Virus record (IMG/VR): IMGVR_UViG_3300028840_008157
Source: a virus
Taxonomy: Duplodnaviria; Heunggongvirae; Uroviricota; Caudoviricetes
Direction: 5' to 3' (one strand)
Length of the DNA stretch: 64,000 nucleotides
The notes beneath the pieces are model-generated. The model did not search any database. It was not told the origin of the DNA and saw only the letters and a program-made list of their open reading frames with translations. The position numbers were made by a program, and so were the translations under genes. Positions 20,796 through 27,577 of this stretch are shown here, one piece after another; position 1 is the stretch's first letter; every line of letters begins with the position of its first letter.

Positions 20796-21296
20796 TCACT
20801 TCAGCCAGACCGGCTTGATGATGTTCCTCGCGCCGAGGAACGCGTCGCATCCCTCGGATACGCCCTCCAGGAACGCCTTGATGTAGCTGACCTGGTCCTC
20901 AGTCAGGTACGTGTTGGCGCCCGGGATGGGGAGGATCGCGTCCAGGGCCATCGAGGCCAGGACGATGGCCTGCTTGACCTCGGGCTTGACGTTGGTGAAC
21001 AGGCTGCTGCTCAGGAAAGCCTGAACCTGGTCGCTGGACGGGAGGTTCCCGCCGTTCAGGTACGGCAACAGCTTCTCCTTGATGTTCTTCGTCAGGGCGG
21101 TCGCGCATTCTTTAGCGGACGGCTCGTCCTTCTTGGCCCACTCCTTCAGGCCGTAGTAGGCGCCATTCTCGCCCGCGCCCTTCAGCATCTTGCGGATGGA
21201 TTCGGGGCTGGGCTTCTCGCATCCCGACAACCCGGTCAGTACGGCCCCGCCGGCTCCGACGGCGACAAGGGCCCCCAATGCTTCTCTGCGTTCCAT
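20796..21296 (-). CDS. Lipoprotein (lipobox LTGLSGC)
   Basis: Internal start MERREALGALVAVGAGGAVLTGLSGC (26 aa into track ORF); signal peptide + Cys. Confidence 0.5.
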   Translation of the reverse strand: MERREALGALVAVGAGGAVLTGLSGCEKPSPESIRKMLKGAGENGAYYGLKEWAKKDEPSAKECATALTKNIKEKLLPYLNGGNLPSSDQVQAFLSSSLFTNVKPEVKQAIVLASMALDAILPIPGANTYLTEDQVSYIKAFLEGVSEGCDAFLGARNIIKPVWLK

Positions 21297-21315
21297 CTCT
21301 CTCTCCTTTCGCGGG

Positions 21316-21498
21316 TCATCTCCCGCAACATTTCTTGTACTTCTTGCCGCTCCCGCACGGGCAGCGATCATTGGGGAGGACCTTCTTCCCCTGCCACTTG
21401 ATCTTCATCCCGGGGTATACCTTGACCCCGTGAAACTCCTTCTTCTTTCCCTTGTTATGCTCGCAATCCTTCCCGCATTCGTGTTCTTCCATGGTCAT
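21316..21498 (-). CDS. SEC-C motif (SecA C-terminal zinc-binding-like) mini-protein, 60 aa
   Basis: C-terminus RCPCGSGKKYKKCCG matches SEC-C metal-binding motif; Lys-rich. Confidence 0.55.
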   Translation of the reverse strand: MTMEEHECGKDCEHNKGKKKEFHGVKVYPGMKIKWQGKKVLPNDRCPCGSGKKYKKCCGR

Positions 21499-21637
21499 CG
21501 CCTCGCAGCTTCATCATACGGCACAGATTCGTTCCTTCGGCGAACACGTCCTTTGGGATTGAAGACCGGAATTATGACGGGCAACCTGGCGCTCATTGAG
21601 GTATCATCCTCTCCAAGGGGAGATCATACAAGGATTC
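21499..21637. promoter_or_regulatory. Divergent intergenic region between minus-strand SEC-C gene and plus-strand SLOG operon; presumed divergent promoters
   Basis: Only sizable non-coding gap here; genes diverge on both sides; no motif confirmed. Confidence 0.3.
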
Positions 21638-22177
21638 ATGGATGAGCGGATCGAGGTTTGTTGCAGCAAATGCGGGTTCGTCACCATCGTCGACCCGGAC
21701 GCCTGCTCGTGCTACGGGTGGCCCAAATGCTGTGGTGAAACGATGATACCGAGGATTGGACCGATGAGGATCGTCATCGCCGGCTCAAGGTCGATCACGG
21801 ATTACGAGCTCGTGAGGAAGGCCATCGAGGATTCCGGGTTCCTGATCGACGTCGTCATATCCGGGGGCGCCCGCGGAGTGGACAGGATTGGCGAGGAGTG
21901 GGCGCAGAAGAACGGCAAGCCGATCAATAGATTCCTCCCGGACTGGGAGAGGTACGGTAAATCCGCCGGATTCATCCGCAACGACCTGATGATTCGCAAC
22001 GCGGACGGGGCGATATTCGTTTACGACGGGACGTCGAGGGGGACCGCCCATACGATATCGTTGGCCAAGAGGAAGGGCATCCCCACCTACATTCTCGACA
22101 CGTCGAAGGAGACGCCGGATGGGAAAGAAGAAAAAGAAGATCGACCCGATCAAGAAGCAACTGGTCCGGGCGTCTAG
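21638..22177 (+). CDS. SLOG-superfamily protein (DprA/DUF2493-like Rossmann nucleotide-binding domain) with N-terminal Cys-rich zinc-ribbon-like segment
   Basis: IVIAGSRS...VISGGARGVDRIGEEWA resembles DprA/DUF2493 GxARGxD motif; track start 21596 appears to be TTG, first ATG approx 21638. Confidence 0.65.
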   Translation: MDERIEVCCSKCGFVTIVDPDACSCYGWPKCCGETMIPRIGPMRIVIAGSRSITDYELVRKAIEDSGFLIDVVISGGARGVDRIGEEWAQKNGKPINRFLPDWERYGKSAGFIRNDLMIRNADGAIFVYDGTSRGTAHTISLAKRKGIPTYILDTSKETPDGKEEKEDRPDQEATGPGV

Positions 22178-22376
22178 CTCGGAGGATCAAGTCCTGAGCG
22201 ACATGAGCACTAACTTCCCGCTGGACGAGATCACCCAGGCGTACGAGAAGGGCATCGTGGCCGTCGACGACCACCTCACGAAGAACGAGGCCATCATCGC
22301 GAGGTCGCTCCTCGCGATGGGGATGGGGCAATACCTGAGGTGCGTGGCGGCCAAGCTCAAGGAGGAGAAGAAATGA
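22119..22376 (+). CDS. Small Lys-rich protein (85 aa), translationally coupled to downstream gene
   Basis: Stop overlaps ATG of next gene (ATGA) with GGAGGAG upstream; non-junk composition. Confidence 0.4.
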   Translation: MGKKKKKIDPIKKQLVRASSSEDQVLSDMSTNFPLDEITQAYEKGIVAVDDHLTKNEAIIARSLLAMGMGQYLRCVAAKLKEEKK

Positions 22377-23281
22377 GCATGATACCGGTCATCTTCGAGA
22401 TGGAGACGTCCGACCCCGACGACTTCATGACGCTCCTGTGGCTCGCAGACAACCCCAAGATCGACCTGAAGGCCGTCGTCGTGACGCCCGGGTCGAAGGA
22501 CCAATGCCAGCTCGTCAGGTGGGGCCTCGACCATTGCGGGCAGCGCGAGATTCCCATCGGGGCGCTTCACGGCCCCGAATGGTGGGACACGCAGGACGGC
22601 AAGAAGCTCAGAGTCTCGGGGTTCCATTATCCCACCTACGGGGAGGAGATCAAGAAACACGACGTGGGATGGGTTTGCGACGGGCCGGAGCTGATCGACG
22701 AGCTGGCCGAGTACAATATGACGGTCCTCGTCGGGTCACCGCCCAAGAACCTCGGGGCGGCGTTCCGCAGGTCGGACAGGGTTTACGTCAGCAGGTGGGT
22801 CCAGCAGGGCGGCTTCGCGGGGGACAACATGGTTGAGAAGCCCCTCGAGAAGTTCAAGGGGCGCCTGACGTGCCCCAGTTTCAACCCCGGAGGGGCCCCT
22901 AACCAGGTCATGGATCTCTTGCAGAACAAACGCATCAGCGTTCGGTTGTTCGTCTCGAAGAACGTCTGCCACGGGGTGACCTGGACCCACAAGATGCAGT
23001 CCGAACTCAAGTCCCGGATCAAGAACCGAAGGACCGGCCTCGAGACGATGATCAAGGGGCTAGATACCTACCTGGAGAAGAAGGGCGTCGCGAAGGCCAT
23101 GCATGACATCGTGGCGGCGTGTTGCGTCGTCGACGACTCGGTCTGCGAGTTCAAGAAGGCCGAGATATACCGCGAGAAGGGCGAGTGGGGGGCTCGCCCG
23201 TACTCCCCGACGGCGTTTACGGTAACGAAGATATCGGTGGGATTCGACGAGGAGAAGTTCTTGTCGGTCTTGTCGTCCTGA
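22373..23281 (+). CDS. Nucleoside hydrolase-like protein (inosine-uridine preferring NH fold, divergent)
   Basis: N-terminal acidic cluster IIFEMETSDPDDFMTLLWL aligns to IUNH DxDxxxDD Ca-binding motif; start trimmed to ATG 11 codons into GTG-initiated track ORF. Confidence 0.55.
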   Translation: MSMIPVIFEMETSDPDDFMTLLWLADNPKIDLKAVVVTPGSKDQCQLVRWGLDHCGQREIPIGALHGPEWWDTQDGKKLRVSGFHYPTYGEEIKKHDVGWVCDGPELIDELAEYNMTVLVGSPPKNLGAAFRRSDRVYVSRWVQQGGFAGDNMVEKPLEKFKGRLTCPSFNPGGAPNQVMDLLQNKRISVRLFVSKNVCHGVTWTHKMQSELKSRIKNRRTGLETMIKGLDTYLEKKGVAKAMHDIVAACCVVDDSVCEFKKAEIYREKGEWGARPYSPTAFTVTKISVGFDEEKFLSVLSS

Positions 23282-23494
23282 TCACGTCAACCCGGCGATG
23301 ATCATCTCGAACAGCTCGTTCTGCTCGTCGTCGTCGAACTCGTCGTCGCTTCCCTCGTCAGGAAGCAGCCTGATATAGATCCAGTCCGCCGCGTCCCACG
23401 CGTCCTCCCCGTTGGGGTCCTCGAACGCCTCGCGGGCTTCCTGGAACAACTCGTCGCATTTCTTGGACTGGTACAGCTTTTCGACCCTACTCAT
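23282..23494 (-). CDS. Small acidic protein (70 aa)
   Basis: MSRVEKLYQSKK...DEGSDDEFDDDEQNELFEMIIAGLT; internal ATG of long junk-headed ORF. Confidence 0.4.
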   Translation of the reverse strand: MSRVEKLYQSKKCDELFQEAREAFEDPNGEDAWDAADWIYIRLLPDEGSDDEFDDDEQNELFEMIIAGLT

Positions 23495-23505
23495 CGTCCC
23501 TCCTC

Positions 23506-23877
23506 CTACCTTGTGATCGTTATCCGTTTCGCCTTCTTGAGCCGTAGCAGGCTCTTCCTGGACAGCGTCTCGGGGAACTTGAACTTTCCGGGGGCGAGCT
23601 CGTGCTCGTACTCCTCCCCGAACATGAACATGTGATCCATCAATTCCTGCAACTCGCAGCAAAGGAACTCGCGGATCGAAACGCGCTCCCCTCCATGGCG
23701 CCTGTGTGGTTTGGCGGGCCAGCAACAATACAGGACGAACGCCTCTTCCAGGTCGCCGCCCTCGAGGAGGTCGATGAACTTGAGCATCTCCCTCTTCTCG
23801 TACTTGTAATAACCGACCTTCTGGATGCGTTTGCGCTCGGCCTTGAGGTCGATCTCGACGGTCTTCTTCAGGATCAT
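23506..23877 (-). CDS. Hypothetical protein (123 aa)
   Basis: Clean ORF, RBS-like AAGGGAGA upstream. Confidence 0.5.
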   Translation of the reverse strand: MILKKTVEIDLKAERKRIQKVGYYKYEKREMLKFIDLLEGGDLEEAFVLYCCWPAKPHRRHGGERVSIREFLCCELQELMDHMFMFGEEYEHELAPGKFKFPETLSRKSLLRLKKAKRITITR

Positions 23878-23904
23878 CGCGTTCTCCCTTCGCGAATCTT
23901 CGTT

Positions 23905-24102
23905 TCACTCGCAGAACCTCCTGAGAACCTCATCCTGGACGTCCTCGACGGCGAGCCTGATGGCCATGCGGGTATCATGGTGCCTTTCCCTGACCCAGGT
24001 CGGGATTTCCCCGTCGGGCCACGTCCATTCCTCCTTGAAGTAGAGGACGATCTTCGCCCTTTCGCGGAGCTCGGCGTCGGGCATCTTGGTCAATTCGCTC
24101 AT
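23905..24102 (-). CDS. Small hypothetical protein (65 aa)
   Basis: Internal ATG (MSELTKMPDAELRERAK...) of longer alt-start ORF. Confidence 0.4.
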   Translation of the reverse strand: MSELTKMPDAELRERAKIVLYFKEEWTWPDGEIPTWVRERHHDTRMAIRLAVEDVQDEVLRRFCE

Positions 24103-24106
24103 GTGA

Positions 24107-24487
24107 TCACCTGGCGAGGCGCATGGATATCTGGAGCGCCTCCAGCCTGTTGACGCGCCGGTACGTCTTGCGCCTTCGTCCGCTGTTCGGCTTGATCCAG
24201 TACACGGCGTGCCAGAGTTGGTCCCATGCCACCTTCTTAACCTCGACATACTCGCGATCATCCTCGAAGATCCTGCTGCCCGGGTCGCAGGCCGCACGAC
24301 TCTCGAACAGGCTCCCCTCGACGATCTTCTCGTAGCAGCGCACGGCCGTCATGCCGTTGCACGGCTTGAGCTTCATGATGCGCTCGATGTCGCGCCATGA
24401 CGTCCCGCAGTCCCGAAGATTGACTACCTTCGCGCACGTCTCCGGGTCGGCCTCGCTGGCCGTGGGTTTTCTCCTCGGCATCTTCAT
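24107..24487 (-). CDS. Hypothetical protein (126 aa), Cys-containing, basic
   Basis: Clean ORF MKMPRRKPTASEADPETCAKVVNLRDCGTSW... Confidence 0.5.
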   Translation of the reverse strand: MKMPRRKPTASEADPETCAKVVNLRDCGTSWRDIERIMKLKPCNGMTAVRCYEKIVEGSLFESRAACDPGSRIFEDDREYVEVKKVAWDQLWHAVYWIKPNSGRRRKTYRRVNRLEALQISMRLAR

Positions 24488-24526
24488 CCTCCTTACACGA
24501 TAATTGTACCTCGTGCAAGGAGGATG

Positions 24527-24727
24527 TCAACCTCGCGATGATCCCAAATGTTTGCCGTGCTTGTGAGCCACGCTGAACACGTTCTCGAGGGGATACTTGA
24601 TGATCAGGCCGTCCTTGAGCTGGACGCAGAGCAGGGCGCCCTTGGTATAGACCGCCTCGACCTTCCTGACGACCTTTGGCGTCGAGCTCGATTTGAATAT
24701 TATCTCGATCTTCATGAGGGGGATCAT
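24527..24727 (-). CDS. Small hypothetical protein (66 aa)
   Basis: ORF directly downstream of terminator hairpin on minus strand. Confidence 0.4.
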   Translation of the reverse strand: MIPLMKIEIIFKSSSTPKVVRKVEAVYTKGALLCVQLKDGLIIKYPLENVFSVAHKHGKHLGSSRG

Positions 24728-24776
24728 ACAAAAAAGGAGCCCCCGGGGCTTCCCCGCCCCGGGGGCCGATGTTTTT
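24728..24776 (-). terminator. Intrinsic terminator: 11-bp GC stem (GCCCCCGGGGC/GCCCCGGGGGC) followed by T6 on minus strand (weaker T-tract on plus)
   Basis: Perfect inverted repeat read directly; minus-strand reading gives hairpin then CTCCTTTTTTG. Confidence 0.55.
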
Positions 24777-24828
24777 CAGAAGTATCAGTTCTGAGAGCGA
24801 TCCTCGCCCGCCATGCCGCCCCTTCTGA

Positions 24829-24935
24829 ATTTTAGGGCCGTACTCTGTCCCCTGAGTTACCCCCGCTCGAAACCTCCTCTCGCGGAGGGGGCTTCGAGCG
24901 GGGGACGGGATTCGAACCCGCGACCCGGCCTAATG
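24829..24935 (-). tRNA. tRNA-like gene in permuted order: 3' half (anticodon-stem 3' strand GGCCG, T-arm GCGGG-TTCGAAT-CCCGT, acceptor CCCCCGC) lies UPSTREAM of matching 5' half (acceptor GCGGGGG, D-arm ACTC-AGGGGACA-GAGT, anticodon-stem CGGCC, loop CTAAAAT) with 30-nt hairpin linker
   Basis: Hand-folded on minus strand: acceptor 7/7, anticodon stem 5/5, D-stem 4/4 complementarity between the two pieces; no co-linear full tRNA can be formed. Confidence 0.45.
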
Positions 24936-25055
24936 TCAGGAGCGCTGGCTTCTGCGGCGAGGAATAACCTCGTTTGCCTGAACTTGCCAGCTACAACCTA
25001 AGACTCAGCCAGAACTTTAGGGCGCCTGATGACCGTTGCCTCTGCCATTGGGCTA

Positions 25056-25098
25056 CCCCTATGTCAAGTATAGGGGGAGGGAATCGAACCCCCACTGT
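25056..25098 (-). other. Second tRNA 3'-end-like element: T-arm (GGGGG-TTCGATT-CCCTC) + acceptor-like CCCCTAT hairpinned to adjacent ATAGGGG; no co-linear 5' half or D/anticodon arms found
   Basis: Canonical GTTCGATTC T-loop on minus strand; 7-bp stem with 7-nt loop immediately 3' of it. Confidence 0.3.
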
Positions 25099-25172
25099 GG
25101 CGGCCGGACGCGTGAGCCTGAACCTGGCTGGTTATCCACGAACGAACCTGTCCAATCATCTATTCGTCGGGT

Positions 25173-25952
25173 TTAGCTCCGCCCGTGGATGTAGTCGAAT
25201 ATCTCCTTTCCGATCTGCTGGTCGCCGACCTCGACCTCGTTGGCCTGCATCCTGGCCCTCTTGGTCGCGGCGATGAGCCGGTCAATCTTTGCGATCCACT
25301 CGGCCTTGTCCTTCGGATGAGCCGAGCCCGAGAAGTTCGTATGGAGGAACTTGCCGATCTGGACGTCCTGCGTCTCCGCCTTGACCTGGGCGGGATGCTC
25401 CTTGGTCTCCGGCCTTAGGACGACGGGGATCGTCTTCTTGGCCGTCCTGTACTGCTCGACGGGGCCATGCTTGCGGTGTCCAGGCTTCCCCCCATCCTCC
25501 CAGTTCTTGGACATGTCGATCGTCGGGATCGCGTCGTAGTAGGCGCGAATCTCCCGCAGGCGCTTCTCCAGGGCCAGCAGGTACGTCGCGGGGACGTCCT
25601 TGGCCAGGGCGCGCTCGCCGACCACGAGGTCGGCCTTGGCCGACATGTTGCCCGCGTCCTTGACGAGCTCGAAGTCGAGCAGCTCGGCGATCTTTTTCTC
25701 TGTCCAGGCGAGTCGCTCCTCGACCGTGGTCACAACTTCCTTCGCCTCCGTCGGGAGCTGGTCTCCCGCGGCGTCCTTGGGCTGGTACTCGCGGTAGAAG
25801 CCCTCGAGAAGGTCGCGACTCTTGAAGACCTTCATGGTCTCCTTGGTAATCTTGTCGGCGGCCCCCTTGACCTCGTTCTCGGTGATGATGTGTTGGTAGA
25901 GTTTCCTGGCCATTTTTCCTTCCTCCTTTTTGTCTCCTGGATGCGAGATCAT
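25173..25952 (-). CDS. Hypothetical protein (259 aa), Lys/Glu-rich
   Basis: Clean ORF upstream (same strand) of tRNA-like elements and terminator. Confidence 0.6.
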   Translation of the reverse strand: MISHPGDKKEEGKMARKLYQHIITENEVKGAADKITKETMKVFKSRDLLEGFYREYQPKDAAGDQLPTEAKEVVTTVEERLAWTEKKIAELLDFELVKDAGNMSAKADLVVGERALAKDVPATYLLALEKRLREIRAYYDAIPTIDMSKNWEDGGKPGHRKHGPVEQYRTAKKTIPVVLRPETKEHPAQVKAETQDVQIGKFLHTNFSGSAHPKDKAEWIAKIDRLIAATKRARMQANEVEVGDQQIGKEIFDYIHGRS

Positions 25953-26030
25953 ACGTGCCGCCCACCGCTCGTCAAGAAAAAAATTCGATCCGATTTCTCT
26001 CGTATAACCGAGCCATCTTCGGGGCGGCGG

Positions 26031-26663
26031 TCAAGCCCACGACTTGGCCCAATGATGGGCGCAATACGTCTCCGGGGAATAAGCCAGCGGCGGCGATTCC
26101 CACCACAAATACGGGCAGAACCGGTACTTCGGGTGAACCGTGAGCGGCAACTCCGGATGATCCAGATGGACCGACGTCACGAAGTCGTTGGCCGTCTGGG
26201 CCACGATGTTCCCGTTGATCTCCCTCGTGGGAAGGAGCTCCATCGTCTTGGCGAAGAACGCCGATCCGGGCGTGGCCCCCATGGGCGTCGTGGATAGGTA
26301 TCTTTTTTCCTCGTGTTGCAGGCCGGCGAAAGCCTCCGCGTCGAGCAATGGGTCGAACGGCCTGAGTACCTCCGTGTCCGCGTCGATGTATATCCCGCCG
26401 TGGCGATGGAGAATCTCGAGCCTCATGATGTCGGCCTTCTGGGCGGGTTTCCGGGCGGCGTCGATCATGGGGGCCATGACGAACCTCCCGACGTCGTGGT
26501 TGGTCCACAACCTGAAGCGCCATCCGGGGTGGAGTTCCCGGCATCGGGCCATCCATCCCTGGAACTCCCTCGGCATCTCCTCGGTCCCGACCCATATGTA
26601 ATGCATGTTTTTTGGTATCAATTTTGTATGATCCTCGTCTGTATGATACCTCAAAAGGGCCAT
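26031..26663 (-). CDS. GT32-like glycosyltransferase (Och1/Gly_transf_sug family, DXD)
   Basis: HYIWVG and QKADIMRLEILHRHGGIYIDADTE motifs. Confidence 0.8.
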   Translation of the reverse strand: MALLRYHTDEDHTKLIPKNMHYIWVGTEEMPREFQGWMARCRELHPGWRFRLWTNHDVGRFVMAPMIDAARKPAQKADIMRLEILHRHGGIYIDADTEVLRPFDPLLDAEAFAGLQHEEKRYLSTTPMGATPGSAFFAKTMELLPTREINGNIVAQTANDFVTSVHLDHPELPLTVHPKYRFCPYLWWESPPLAYSPETYCAHHWAKSWA

Positions 26664-26680
26664 GAGGCGCGGATTGAAAC

Positions 26681-27577
26681 ATGGACTTGATCATACCGGT
26701 CTTCAACAAGCCGGAATATACCCAGGCCTGCCTCGATTCACTGTTGGTAACCGACCCGGGAACGAACTTGCGACCCATCATCGTCGACAACGGATCGCGA
26801 ACGAAGACGCGCCGCCTTCTTGAACGATGGATCAAGGATGCCCGAGAACGACCCTTCTTGTCGGATCCCAGGATCGTCGCCAACAAGGAGAACTTCGGCT
26901 TCGCCGGCGCCCTGAATAGGGCCATCAACGAGTCTCGCGACGGCGAGCTGGCGATGATCATGCATAACGACTGCATCCCCTTCAAGGGATGGGCCAGGGA
27001 AATGCTCGATTGCCTCGAGCTCCACGAGGATGACGACGTCATCGCGGTCGCGCCTCGGACGAATTACGCGAACGAGATGCGTCCGTGCCTCCCCGGCGTC
27101 AGGGAACGATTCGAGGGGCTCAAGTTCCCCAACAAGGACAGGGTCGCCGTCGATCAGATCGACGGGCTCATGCGGGAGTTGTATCCGGAGGACCAGGACG
27201 CTTTCCTGACGAGGCTCCGTGATGACCCTCGAACGTCGTACCTCCCAGAGATATGCTCCTTTTGTCTTCTCGTTCGCAAGCAAGCCCTCCGCGACGTCCC
27301 GTTCGACGAGGACTTTTGGCCGAGGTTCTTCGAGGACAAGCTCTGGTTCCTCCACCACGAGAGGCAGGGCTGCGCTTGCATGCTGTCGAATTGGTCTTAT
27401 GTGCATCACTTCGGGAACATTACCAGCGATGGCCCGGGGTTCTCGATGCCGGACTTGTTCGCGATGAACGAGAAGAAATTCAAGGAGAAGGTTCGCGTCC
27501 TCAACGAGCGTCCCTTCGGCCAAAAGGAGACGAAGCCCGATGTTGCGGTTCATAACGACATGCATGGGGCGCCTTGA
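26681..27577 (+). CDS. GT2-family glycosyltransferase (GT-A fold)
   Basis: LIIPVFNKPEYTQACLDS...IVDNGS signature; 17-bp divergent gap from GT32 gene. Confidence 0.8.
   Translation: MDLIIPVFNKPEYTQACLDSLLVTDPGTNLRPIIVDNGSRTKTRRLLERWIKDARERPFLSDPRIVANKENFGFAGALNRAINESRDGELAMIMHNDCIPFKGWAREMLDCLELHEDDDVIAVAPRTNYANEMRPCLPGVRERFEGLKFPNKDRVAVDQIDGLMRELYPEDQDAFLTRLRDDPRTSYLPEICSFCLLVRKQALRDVPFDEDFWPRFFEDKLWFLHHERQGCACMLSNWSYVHHFGNITSDGPGFSMPDLFAMNEKKFKEKVRVLNERPFGQKETKPDVAVHNDMHGAP

Noticed and set aside
24780-25110. Considered calling two ordinary tRNA genes, or a phage attP with integrase
   Set aside because: No co-linear cloverleaf can be built for either T-arm. No integrase or recombinase gene lies within several kb. 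It is therefore reported as permuted or fragmentary tRNA-like elements, not standard tRNAs.
25972-27042. 356-aa minus-strand ORF spanning the GT32/GT2 divergent junction
   Set aside because: Arg/His-rich junk frame overlapping two well-supported glycosyltransferase genes on their proper frames.
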